Shown: positions 11,190 through 22,785 of the stretch, in pieces | Layout of the letters: each line of letters opens with the position of its first letter | How positions within the stretch are numbered: the stretch's first letter is position 1 | Assembly: GCA_013265495.1 (NCBI GenBank) | Contig: MU058451.1 | Coordinates: 3,033,305 to 3,083,216, forward strand | DNA: 49,912 nt | Source of the DNA: Vicugna vicugna | Taxonomy: Eukaryota | Direction of reading: 5' to 3' | Notes under the pieces: generated by a model | The model's input: the letters and a program-made list of their open reading frames with translations, nothing else | What the model was told of the DNA's origin: nothing | Databases searched by the model: none | Made by a program: the position numbers and the translations under genes

Positions 11190-11990
11190 TTTTTTTAATT
11201 GAAGTATAATTAACTTACAATAGTATGTTAGTTTCAGGTGTACAACATAGTGATTTGGTATTTTTATAGATTATGTTCCATATAAAGTTATAAAATGTTG
11301 GCTATATTCCCTGTGCTGTACATTACATCCTTGTATCTTATTTATTTTATACCTAGTAGTTTGTACCTCTTAGTCCCATACCCCTATCTGGCCCATCACC
11401 CTTTCTGTCTCCCCACTGGTAACCACTATTTTGTTCTTTGTATCTGTGAGTCTGTTTTTGTTTTATTATATTCATTTATTTGTTTTATTTTTTAGATTCC
11501 ACATATAAGTGAAAACACATATTATTTGTCTTTCTCTATCTGACCTATTTCACTAAGCATAATATCCTCCAGGTCTACCCATTTGGTTGCAAATGGCAAA
11601 ATTTCATTCTTTCTTAATGGCTGAGTAATATTCTATTGTATTCCATAGTCCATTGTGTATATGTATACACACACACACACACACACACACACATACCACA
11701 TATTCTCTATCCATTATCTGTTGATGGACTTAGGGCGCTTCCATATCTTGGCTATTGTAAATAATGCTGCTAGGAACATTGGGGTGCATGAATCTTTTCG
11801 AATTTGTGTTTTTGTTTCTTTATATAAATACCCAGAAGTGGAATTGCTGGATCGTATGGTAGTTCTAGTTTTAGTTTTTGAGGAACATTCCTACTGTTTC
11901 CATAGTGGCTGCACCAAGTTACATACACCAGCAGTGCACTAGGGTTCCTTATTTTTTCCACCTCCTTGTCAACCCTTGTTATTTCTTGTT
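11190..11990 (-). mobile_element. L1MA9-like 3'UTR/ORF2 end, antisense
   Basis: ttttttaattgaagtataattaacttacaa...gtttccatagtggctgcaccaagttacat; ORF 11770..11961 (LKLELPYDPAIPLLGIY) is the L1 ORF2 C-terminus. Confidence 0.9.
11667..11692. repeat. (AC)13 microsatellite within L1
   Basis: Perfect acacac run read directly. Confidence 0.95.
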
Positions 11991-12409
11991 TTTGTCTCCT
12001 TCATTTCTTGGAAGATAAACTTGAAAAGAATTCTTCTTTACATCAATGTTGTTTTACATTTTGATGGTGGTTTGTTACACCCTCTCCACTGAATACTGTG
12101 GAATTCTCTCAGGGTGTCTCCTGGTGGAAGTGGGTGAAAGGGTAGAATGTGGCATCATTCTCTTAGTTCTCTGCCTTGCATTGATTTCAGGACTTTCTTG
12201 TTAGTGGTATCATTAACAAGAGGGCCAACCTGGACCCCAAATCCTTGAATCCTTCTAATGTGCCATGGGTAACCCCAGTAGGATCATGAGGGATATACAG
12301 CAAGGCACTAAGCAAATGCGCCCTTTTTTTATTGGCTAGAAATTTGGTCCCTAATTCTTGTGATGCTCTTCCCAGGTGAAATGAGAAGGATCCCTTGTAG
12401 AGATTCAAG

Positions 12410-12585
12410 GTCAATGTCTGGTCTCAGGCTACCTGCATCAGAGTCATCTGGGGTACTTGTAAATATGAAGATTTCTGGACTTCATCCTAGACTTACTTAA
12501 CCTTCAGCACAGGAATTTAGGAAATATAAGCTTAAAAAAAAAGTCTCACAGGCAATTCTGATGGGCAATAAGAATTTTGAACCTT
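12410..12585. mobile_element. MER5-type hAT-Charlie non-autonomous DNA transposon
   Basis: cctgcatcagagtcatctgggg...tgaagatttctggacttcatcctagacttact...caggcaattctgatg...ttgaacc. Confidence 0.7.
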
Positions 12586-12649
12586 GTGTAGGAGCCAAAA
12601 TTAGCAGCAGATATGATTAGCTACTATAATTAAGCAGCAACAAGAGACC

Positions 12650-13500
12650 AGCAGAAATCTAAAGCTCTGAGGGCAGGACTCTTCCTCCCTGATTAGAGAC
12701 TGGAGAAGTGGTAATTCCAGAGGGTAGGACAAACCCTTGTTGCATTTTTTCCCTCTTTCTATTCTCCCACCATTTGGCCTCAAAGCAGGTGCAGTCACGG
12801 GAAGTATACAGTAGAGCAGTATAAATAAAGCCCCAGCTTTCTGGCCAGAGGCCCAGAGAAGGGGAGCATTAGGGAACAGCAAAGTACTAGGAAGATTGCA
12901 GAGAAGGACATCATTGAGAAAGGGACCCTTTAAGTCGTTTACGAATTTCCTGGGCTCACCCTTGAGTTGTGCTAACCCAGATCTAAAACAGCATACATAG
13001 ACTTTGAGAACTGGACCATGGGATAGACCACTACCCAAATCCCAGCCTAGTCAATGGCAAACACACATGCAGGAGAGATCAGAATAGCACTGCTTTGGAA
13101 AGGCTTTGGAAACTGAACTGATCCTGGAGCCACAGCTGAATATCTGAATCCAATTGGTGGACTGAACCCAATTGGTCAACTGCCTGCCTAAATAAAACTT
13201 TCAGTATTATCCCATAGGGTCCTAATGTATCGTTCAAAATGTCTAGGATACAAACCAAACTACTTGGTGGATGAAGAACCAGGAAAATCTTAATTCACAT
13301 AGGAAAATATAATCAACAGATGCATAGGTTGAGATAACAAAGATGTTGGAATTATCTGACAAAGACTTTAAAGCAGATATTATGAAAATGCTCAGATAAG
13401 TAAGGATAAAGATCCTAGAAATGAAATGAAATGAAAGATATAAATTCACAGCAAAGTAATGCAAGACATAAAAAACAACCAAATGGAAATTTTAGGACTA
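12650..13500 (+). mobile_element. Old L1 (L1MC/MD-type) 5'UTR and start of ORF1
   Basis: gaatttcctgggctcaccc...ggctttggaaactgaactga...aaagatgttggaattatctgacaaagactttaaagcagatattatg (ORF1 N-terminal MLELSDKDFKA). Confidence 0.7.
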
Positions 13501-13561
13501 ATTATCATCTAAAAAATCCAATAATAAAACAAACAAAAAAGGCCAACAAACAAACCCATAT

Positions 13562-13910
13562 ATTTATTTTTTTCTTTTTTTTTGGTGGGGGAGAAGAACA
13601 TTTAAGTTTTACTCTCTTAGCAAATTTCAATTATGCAATACACACAATACAGTGTTGTCAACTATAGTCACCATGTTTTACATGAGATACTCAGACCTTA
13701 TTCATCTCATACCTGGAAGGTTATACCCTTTTACCAATCTTTCCCTACACCCCTAGCCCCTGGAAACCACTTTTCTAATCTCTGTTTCTATGAGTTTTAT
13801 CTTTTTTTTTTTTTTTTAACATTCCACATGTAAGTGATACCACACAGTATTTTTTGTTCTCTGTCTTATTTCACTTAGCATAATGGCCTCAAGGGCCATC
13901 CATGTTGTCA
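13562..13910 (-). mobile_element. L1MA9/10-type 3'UTR, antisense
   Basis: T-tract then gagaagaacatttaagttttactctcttagcaaatttcaa...ttcacttagcataatggcctcaagggccatccatgttgtcac. Confidence 0.8.
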
Positions 13911-15215
13911 CAGCCATTGCATGAGGTATGGCCTCACAGCCAGTTGGGCTGGGGCCAGCCTCACCTACCAGTGTACCCATGGTCAGCCCTGACACTACAG
14001 AAGGCACACACAGCCCATACAGGGGACACCTCTAGAGCATTACAGAGGGGAGCATGTTGCTGTGCCCCATAGGACATCTCCTACATAAGGCCACTTCTCC
14101 AAGACTGGGAAATATAATGGACCTAACTAACACATAGAAATAAACACAGAGACTTGGGCAAATAAGCAGGCAGAATAATATGTTTCAAATGAAGGTACAA
14201 GACTTAACCTCAAAAAAGAACTAAACCAAGTAGAGATAAGCAATCTATCCAATAAAGAGTTCAAGGTAATGATTACAAGGACAATCACTGAATTTGGGAG
14301 AATGGATGAACACAACAAGGATTTCAACAAAGAGTTAGAAAATATTAAGAACAATCAAACAGAGCTGAGGAATACAATAACTGAAATAAAAAATGCACTA
14401 GAAAGAATCATCAGAGGATTAGATGATATAGAGGAATGGATTGGTGATCTGGAAGACAGAGCAATGATAATCACCCAAGCTGAATAGAAATAAGAAAAAA
14501 GAATTTTAGAGGGGGAAAGTATAGCTCAAAGTAGTAGAGCACATGCTTAGCAAGCAAGAGGTCCTGGGTTCAATCCCTAGTACCTCCTCTAAAAAGTAAA
14601 AAAAAAATAAATAAACATAAGTACCTCCCCCCGAAACAAAATAGAGAAATAAACTTAATTTAAAAAAAGAAAAAAAAAGAATTAAAAAAATGAGGATAGT
14701 TTGAGACCTCTGGGACAACAGTAAGTGTACTGACATTCACATTACACAAGTCACAGAATAAGAGAGAGAGAAAAGACAGAGAACTTATTTCAAGACATAA
14801 TGGCTGAAAACTTTCCTAACCTGGCGAAGGAAACAGATACCCAGGTACAGGAAGCACAGAGAGTCCAAACAAGATGAACCCAAAGAGGTCCAAACAGAGA
14901 CATTATAACTAAAATAGCAAAAGTTAAAGCTAAAGAGAGAAACTTAAAAGCAGCAAGAGAAAAGCAACTAATTATGTATGAGGGAACTCCCATAAGACAA
15001 TCAACTGACTTCTCAGCAGACACTATACAGGAGTGGCACAATATAGCCAAAATTATGAAAGGGACAGGCCTACAACCAAGAACATTCTACCTGGCAAGGC
15101 TCCCTTTCAGAGTTGAAGGAGAGAGAGAGTTTTACAGACAAGCAACGCTAAGAGTTCAGCACCACTAAACTGGCTTTGTAAGAAATGTCAAAGAAACTTG
15201 TCTAACTAGAAAAGA
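13911..15215 (+). mobile_element. L1 late 5'UTR + ORF1 (decayed)
   Basis: ORF 14269..14487 is the ORF1p coiled coil (DEHNKDFNKELENIKNNQTELRNTITEIKN); ORF 14974..15168 (YEGTPIRQSTDFSADT) is the ORF1p C-terminal domain. Confidence 0.9.
14511..14680 (+). mobile_element. Camelid tRNA-derived SINE (vic-1 type) inserted in L1 ORF1
   Basis: gggggaaagtatagctcaaagtagtagagcacatgcttagcaagcaagaggtcctgggttcaatccctagtacc (A-box and B-box GGTTCAATCCC), then aataaataaac...cctcccccc and an A-rich tail; flanked by aaaaaagaatt on both sides. Confidence 0.85.
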
Positions 15216-17498
15216 GAAAGGAGCAATTCCCATCTCATTCCCTGAGGGCAGCATAACTGTGATACAAAAACCAGATAAAGTGAAACCAAGAATGTCAACA
15301 AAACCACAGACCAACATCCCTCATTAATACAGATGAAAAATCCTAAATAAAAGGTTATTATCTGAATAAAACCAAATCTAGCAATATGTGAAAAGAATCA
15401 TATACTATGACCAAGCAGGTTTAATCTGTGACTACAAAGCCTACTCGATATTTGAAAATCAATCAATGTAAAGCAATGTACTAACAGTGTAAAGAAGAAA
15501 AGCCACATCATTAAATGAAATGATGCAGAAAAAAAATTTGACAAAATTCAATACCCATTCATGAGAAAACTTTCAGCATACTTAGAAAGGAAATTCTTCA
15601 GCCTGATAAAGGGCATCTCCAAAAAAACTAATGAGCTATGTCACATTTAATGGTGAAAGACAACACTTCTTCCCCAAGATTAGGAACAAGGCCATAACTC
15701 CTATTTAATATTGTACCATAAGTTTATATGAATGTAAGAAGGAAAAAATAAAAAGGAAATGTATACTGATTGGCTATGAAAAAATAACACTCCTATTCAG
15801 AGATGACATGATTGTCTACATAGAAATTCCCAAAGGAGTAAATAAAAACTCCTAAAACTTACAAATGAGTTTATCAAGGTTACAAAATATAAGATAAATA
15901 CCCAAATATCAATCCTATTTTCATATAAGAGCAATAAACAATTACAAACCAAAAATTTAAAACTGCAATTTACAAAAGCTTTGAAATATTTAGGTATAAA
16001 TCTACTAAAATTAGTACTGGATCTGTATATTGGAAGTGACAAATTGCTGATAAAAGAAATGTGACCAAAATAAATGGAGAGAGATTGTTTCCATGAATTT
16101 AAAAACTTAGCGTAGTAAAGATGTTAATTGTCTCAACTTGATCAATAGATTTAATGTAGTTCGAATCAAAACCCTGGAAGGACTTTTCATAGATAAAAAT
16201 AAACTTTTCTACAATTTATATGGAAAAGCAAAGAGACTAGAACAGCCAAAAACATTCTGAAAAAGAAGAACAAAATTAGGGAGATCATATTACCCAATTT
16301 TAAGACTTACTATAAAGCTAAAGTATTCAAGACAGCATTGGCAAAGGGATAAGCACATGGGTCAATGTAACAGAATAGAGAATCCAAAAATAGAACCACA
16401 GACATATGGCCAATTGATTTTTGGCAAAGTTGCAAAGTCAAGTCAGCAGAGACATGATAGTGTTTTCAACAAATAGTGTAGAAACAATTAGAAATCTTTA
16501 TTAAAGAAAAACTCAGCCTAAATCTCATGCCCTTTGAAAAGCTAATTCAAAACAGTTTACATATGTAAATAAAAACAAAATTATACAGTTTTTCAGAAAA
16601 AACAGGAAAAAAATCTTCATGTCCTGGGATTAAGCAAAGAAATCTTAGACATGACACCAAAAGCATGATCATAGAAGAAAAACAATAAATTGAACATCAT
16701 CTAAAGTAAAAGCTTTTGCTCTGTGAATGACACTGCTAAAAGGAGGAAAAGACAAGGTACAGACCAGTAAAAAATATTTATGAACACATATCCAACAAAA
16801 GACTTAAATCCAGTCTATATAAAGAACTCTCAAAACTCAACAGTAAGAAACAAACCATTCCAATTCAAAAATGGAGAAAAGACTTGAATAGACATTTTAT
16901 CAAAGAGGATATACAGATAGTAAAATAGCCAAATTATAGTTGCTTTATACCACTAACCACTAGAGAAATTAAAATAAAACCATAGTGAAATACTGCTACA
17001 CACCATTATTGTAATGGCTAAAATTAAACACACCAAGTGTGGCAATGCAGAACAACTGGAAGTCTCATAAATTGCTCATGGGAATGCAAAATGGTATAGC
17101 CAATCAGAACTTCTTTGACAGTTTCTTATGAAGTTAAACGTGTACTTACCCACATGACTGAAAAATTCCACTTCTAGATATTTACTTTAGAGAAACAAAA
17201 ACTTGTGTTCATGTAAAAACCTATATATAAATGCTCATAGCAGCTTTCTTTATTATTACTCCCAAATAGAAATAACCCAAGTTTCTTTCAACAAGTGAAT
17301 GATAAATTGTGGAATACTCATAAAATGGAATAATTCTCAGCAATCAAAAGGAATAATCTACTGATACATGCAACAACTTGGCTGGATCTCAAAGGCATTC
17401 AGAATGAGAGAAGCCAGTCTCAAAAGATTACATTCCATTTACATGACATTCTCAATAGACAAACCTATAGTGATGGAGAAGAGAACAGGGATTAGGGA
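15216..17498 (+). mobile_element. Old L1 (L1MC/MD-type) ORF2 RT region through 3'UTR
   Basis: Decayed ORF2 nucleotide motifs (gatgcagaaaaaaaatttgacaaaattcaa, ctattcagagatgacatgattgtctac, taagacttactataaagct) and L1MC-type 3'UTR (gcaacaacttggctggatctcaaaggcatt...gccagtctcaaaag). Confidence 0.9.
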
Positions 17499-18095
17499 CC
17501 TGCCCAATTTTAACTGGTTTGCTTATCTTTTATAAGAGTTATGAGTTCCTTGTATATTCTGGATACTAGCCTCTTATCAGTACGTGATTTGCATGTGTTT
17601 TCTCTCATTCTATTGGTTGTCTTTTCACTTTCTTGGTAATATCCTTGGATGCATCAACATTTTTAATTTGATGAAGTCCTAATTTATTTTTCTTTTGTTG
17701 CTTGTGGTTTTGGTACCATATCTAAGAATTCGTTACCAATCCAAGGTTATTAAGACTTATGCCAATATTTTAAGGTTTTTAAAAAATTTCTTATATTTAG
17801 GTCATCAATTCATTTTGATTTAATTTTCATTTATGGTGTGAGGTGGGGAGGCCAACTTCATTCTTTTGCACGTGGAAGCCCAGTTGTTCCAGCACCATTT
17901 GTTGAAGAGACTACTGTTTTTCCCATTCAATGTTCTTGGCCATAGATGTATGGGTTTATTTCTGGACTCTCAGTTCTTATCCAATGGTCTACTTCTCTAT
18001 CCTATGTCAGTGTCACACTCTTTTGATCACTGTAGCTTTTTAGTAATTTTTGAAATTAGGAAGTGTGTGTCCTCCAACTGTCTTCTTCCTTTTTA
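17499..18095 (-). mobile_element. L1 (L1MB-type) ORF2 fragment, antisense
   Basis: gagttccttgtatattctggatactagcctcttatcag...cagttgttccagcaccatttgttgaagagact. Confidence 0.85.
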
Positions 18096-19879
18096 AGAAT
18101 AATTGAATGTAATCAAGTGCCCAAGTGTATGGTACAGGAAATACTGTACTATGTCCTGTTATTACACAGTAAGATCAATATCAGAAAAGATGGCACTTGA
18201 AATGGGTCTAGGTATGAAATGTGGCACAAATTCTCATTCTCCTTGGTCTTTATCTAAAGCACATGGGTAAAATGGCCAAAACTTTTCAAGATAACTTTGC
18301 TCATGGATGGAATCAGGTCTTATACAGTGCCCTCCCCATATACCTTCCCAATGATAACCAGAATCTTACCAATTGCTCTCATCATCTCTAATTCCACAAG
18401 GAATTTTGGTCATCTCATGACACTTCTTCAAATGTATGGCTAACTTCACCAGCGATGCTTAGATAACTTCACACAGAGAGTAGAAGGTGACTTCACACAA
18501 GTGTGAAGCATTCATCTTCCAATGGGTTTGAGCTTAAACATGGATATTCCAAGTTTTTACCTTTTGTATAATATATCCAAACTTTCATTCTGCTGTTGGC
18601 AGACAATGAAGACTTTTTTTTTTCTACTTTTACATTTCTGCTCAACCATTAGTAACCTCTCCTAAAATCAGATGTTTTTAAAACAATTTAAATGGCAGTC
18701 AATTTTTTTTTATAAGACACAACTCCTATTCTTCTGATATGAAAGTAATGTGAGTCAAAATTCCTTGGAAATAAAATAAATAGGAACACCACTTATTAGA
18801 AATTATTTCTTGGAAATCTCTTCCTTCAAAGCGTTATGGTATGATACAGCATGGAATCCAAGACTGAGAGATACTAAGTAAGGAAAATACATAATCTGTA
18901 GTCCTAAGGAGCTTACAAGTTGAAGCAGGAGAGAGGAGTGATGTGTGAAATATTACGAATATGAATCTTGACACAGGTAGACTAATACTCAAGAGTTGAC
19001 CCTGCTATCTCCCAAGAGAACTAAGAAACAACCCATTGGAAAACACATGAGTGTATTTTCAGTGGCAATTCAGAGTCAATATACAAAGTGATGAAAGGGC
19101 TGAATTCATTTCAACACGGTCTGTGCCTGTCTTTGCTTCTTACTCCATCCAATTCAAATGAGGAACTTGAATTATAAAGAGTATAATTTGCATGGTTGCA
19201 AAAATTCCTGGAACACATCTGAATTTTAAAGCATACAATTAAAGCAGGTTGCATCAAAGCAGAAGAATTCTGGGACTCTAGAAAAGTAAGCAAACTCATT
19301 AGCTTTCAAACTGAAGAGTAAAAATCTTCAGTGGCATATAAACGTTAAATTTGGTTGCTATGATTTCTATGTTGAGTCTCAAAAAGAGGCCTTTAGAAAC
19401 ATTTCTACTTTGCTTCCCCTACATATCATAAATCAATTCTTTGATTTCACTGCATATTTTCTCCAATTAGGCTGGAAGGTTAAAAGTGTGTTGGAATCTT
19501 TTAAAGTAATCGTCAAATGTTCCTAGACCCTAAAAGTAACAAGTGTATTATGAGACCAGTGGGAGAAAATACTTAAACTTGTGGCTCAATATGAGCACAT
19601 AAATATTAATGAGTTCCAGTCATCCCCAGGGTGTCAAGAATAGGAGAAACATTTGGAAATATTTTCAAAATTCATCCCATTGTGCTGATTCCAGGGTGAA
19701 ACTCTTTAAGCTGTTAATGAAAAGCAGGCCGACACCCTCTCCGCATCTGACTCATGCGAGGGCACAGACTGTGCATAGGAAACTGCTTCTGGTGTTGCCT
19801 TCTTAGCCCTAATGACTGCTTTCTGGAAACTGGCATTACTACTCAGTGGTAGACCCCCAATGCTCTTGTCTGTAATACA

Positions 19880-20196
19880 TGGCTCTGTCCACACAACCAA
19901 TGAAACAAATAGTATATATTTGACCCAAGCTGGACCAATCAGAGTCTGTATCTGGAATTAAAGAATTGGAAAAGAGAGACTAGAAGATTGAAGGTATTTG
20001 GAATTGAGTTTTTTAAATGGTAGAGTTCTTGGGAGAAAGCCAACGGCTTGACGCAGAAATCCTTGAAAGTTCCCCTTTCTAAATTTTCTCTTCCTTTGAT
20101 TCCAAGAGTCTTTCCAATAACTGTCTTTCTCCTGGCCCCTAGTCTCCAGGATCCAGCCAGAATCGGTTGCTGTTTCTTGCACTAAAAGAACCTACA
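19880..20196 (+). mobile_element. ERVL-class solo LTR fragment (LTR16/LTR33-like)
   Basis: tgacccaagctggaccaatcagagtc and 3' end gttgctgtttcttgcactaaaagaacctaCA. Confidence 0.55.
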
Positions 20197-20749
20197 TGTT
20201 AGACTATGATTAAATCAGGACTCAGCCATTTCACAAAAAGTAAGATTATTTAAATATCCCTCATAACACAGGAAAAGATGGGTCTGCCCAGGCTGGGAAT
20301 AATTGATGTGACAACAGAAAGAGAGGTGATTTTCTGCTAATAGCCAGGTTAGAATACAAGGTGGATATGGTTGAAATGGAGGAATAACAGGACACTGACA
20401 CAATAATGGCCAAGAACATAGGGGTGAACAAGTTAACAGTAGAAGAAATCATGAAATATCCAAGTATAAGTTTATGTCTTTAGGTTCAAATTATACTTTA
20501 AAATCCAAATTATTATTCATTTTCCCTTATTGTACCATCAAAGTGTACAACATTGTCCAGATTTAAGAAAGAATTTTTTTAAAAAAGTTTTAAGTGATTT
20601 GCTTATTAAAGCTTTACAGCCATCAATCATAATGAAGCTAGGGGTCCAGTGTTTTTATTTACTTAGTTGTGAATTATATGTTTTTCATGCTAAGTTGACT
20701 GGTTTTAATTAGAACTCACTTTGTAATTTGTTTTAAATTCTTATTAATT

Positions 20750-22785
20750 TATTATTTATTTTTGTGCTTTAAAATTTTTTAAAGAAAAATAAACCATTAC
20801 AAATATACTTGAGTCTCCTGTATGTGGCTTCCCAGTTTTATTTACATCTTTTCTTCCCCGGATGAATTTTCTTGTTTATCATTTCTGATACTTTTTTTTC
20901 TACATATGTATATTGTATGTCAATAAAATGTTATTTAAACATGTAGCTTATTTTTACCTTTTGATTATGGCTTTGTATGTACAATTTTTTGTTCAGTAGT
21001 CTTACATTTTAATGTCATCAAATTTATCAGTCTTTTCATTTGTGGATTCTTCATTTTTTGTGATCTAAGATATTCTCTACAAAAAATGGCATAAAATAGT
21101 TTCTTCCAAAATGTTTCGTGCTTCTTTTTCATTAACGGGTCTTTAATCCACTTGAAATTTTTTGTTTGCTGTGTTTGTCTATCTGCATAAACAAGGAAAG
21201 TTGTAAGTTGATTTCTTATATCCCGTGGAAGAACAATTATTTTAGCATCATTTCATATTGCATCCTTTACCCACTGGTTTTCCATGGTATCTCTGGAATA
21301 CGTCAGGTTTTCCTATGTGTGTATGTCTATTCATGTGCTTTCTATTCTGTTCCATTGGCCCATTTTCTATCTCTGAGCCAATACTACAGTATCATAATTA
21401 CTGCATTTTGTAATAGGCCTTGGTATCTGATAGGGCAAATCCTTGCAACATTGTATTTCTTCAAATTTATTTTGGATCCTAGACCTTTAAATCCATTTTT
21501 TTCATTCATTAATGCCATCTCATTTTTTTTTTTTTTTGCCCTGAGCCAATATTGTTAGAGGTTTTTCCTTTTTAGTTATCTTTTCAAAGGATCAACTTGT
21601 GGATGTAGTGATACTATTAGTACGTTGTTTCTTTAAAGAAAATAATTCGCACTCTTCTCTCCAACTTTATCTGGTTCAATTCTCATTTTTTCCTAATTTC
21701 TTGAATTGAATTAGCTTAGCTCATTAACTTTTTCTTAACATTTTGAAATATTTAAATCTATAAAGTGACATTTAACTGCACCCCATAAGTTTTGAAGAGT
21801 AACTTATTTAGGATTTTTGGGGGTGGATGGGTAGGTAATTAGATTTATTTACTTATTTTTAGAGGAGGTGCTGGGAAGTGAACCCAGGATTTTGTGCATG
21901 CTAAGCATTTTTTCCATCTTTTCTTTTTAATCTTTCCTTGTTTTCATGTTTAGGCATGTTTCAAATATCCTATTACTGTCTCTTTCCCGCTCAATCTATC
22001 ATTAATCACAATAAAAAGTGAATTTGTAGGTTAAAAGACAGAGGTCTAAATTGCATATAGAGATTTTGATTTCTTTGAATTTCTATCATCTTATTCTATA
22101 CTTTCTCTTTATCCTGCTTCTTTCTGTTTCTTTTCCCTTGTCCTTTTATGACTTTCTCTGGATTGATTAAATTTTTAAGAATTTCATGCCCCTCTTCTGT
22201 TTTGGAAGTTACATACTCAATTTTTGTTAATTTTCAGTTTACCCTTAAAATTTTAAAAACATAGTTGAATTAGCAAAGTTAATGTCTCTTCCGTCTGCAA
22301 AAATTAAAAAAAAAGAAGACTTCAGATGTTTTAACATTGATCATCTTTCCTGTTTTACTTCCCTGTTTTTCATGCCCTACATTTTAGTCTTTTTCACTTT
22401 TATACACCTGTTTACTAATTTTATACACTTCCATTAATGTTGATATTGCAATTCTGCTTGATCAGTTTTTTAGGATTACCCACATGCTTGCCAATATTTT
22501 TATCAATTTCTTTGCCTGGTCATTTCTCTTTGCATTATCCTCTTTCTCGTGGGTCCGACTTTCTTCTTCTTTAATTTGATTACTGAATAAATGAGTAGTT
22601 AATACTTCCATCTTCTGTCTCTGGGAAAATATGTTTATATTGCCCCTACTCTTTAATGATATTCCAGCTGATTATATGATTCTAGAATGCCAATGATTTT
22701 CTTTCGTTGATTCAAATTATTTATTCCTTTGTGTTTTGGATTCTATTGTTTTGAAGAAGTCTGATTTCATCTTAACTGTTGTTGA
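20750..22785 (-). mobile_element. Decayed L1ME-type fragments, antisense
   Basis: T-rich sequence with L1 antisense motifs (tctttaatccacttgaa, ctattctgttccattggcc, gagaagtctgattt-like). Confidence 0.6.
21814..21907 (-). mobile_element. vic-1-type SINE, antisense, 5' end missing
   Basis: gggtaggtaattagatttatttacttatttttagaggaggtgctgggaagtgaacccagg...gtgcatgctaagca is the reverse complement of 14545-14630; the A-box is absent. Confidence 0.8.

Noticed and set aside
14511..14585. tRNA gene
   Set aside because: tRNA-like head is followed by SINE body, A tail and flanking direct repeats; it is a SINE.
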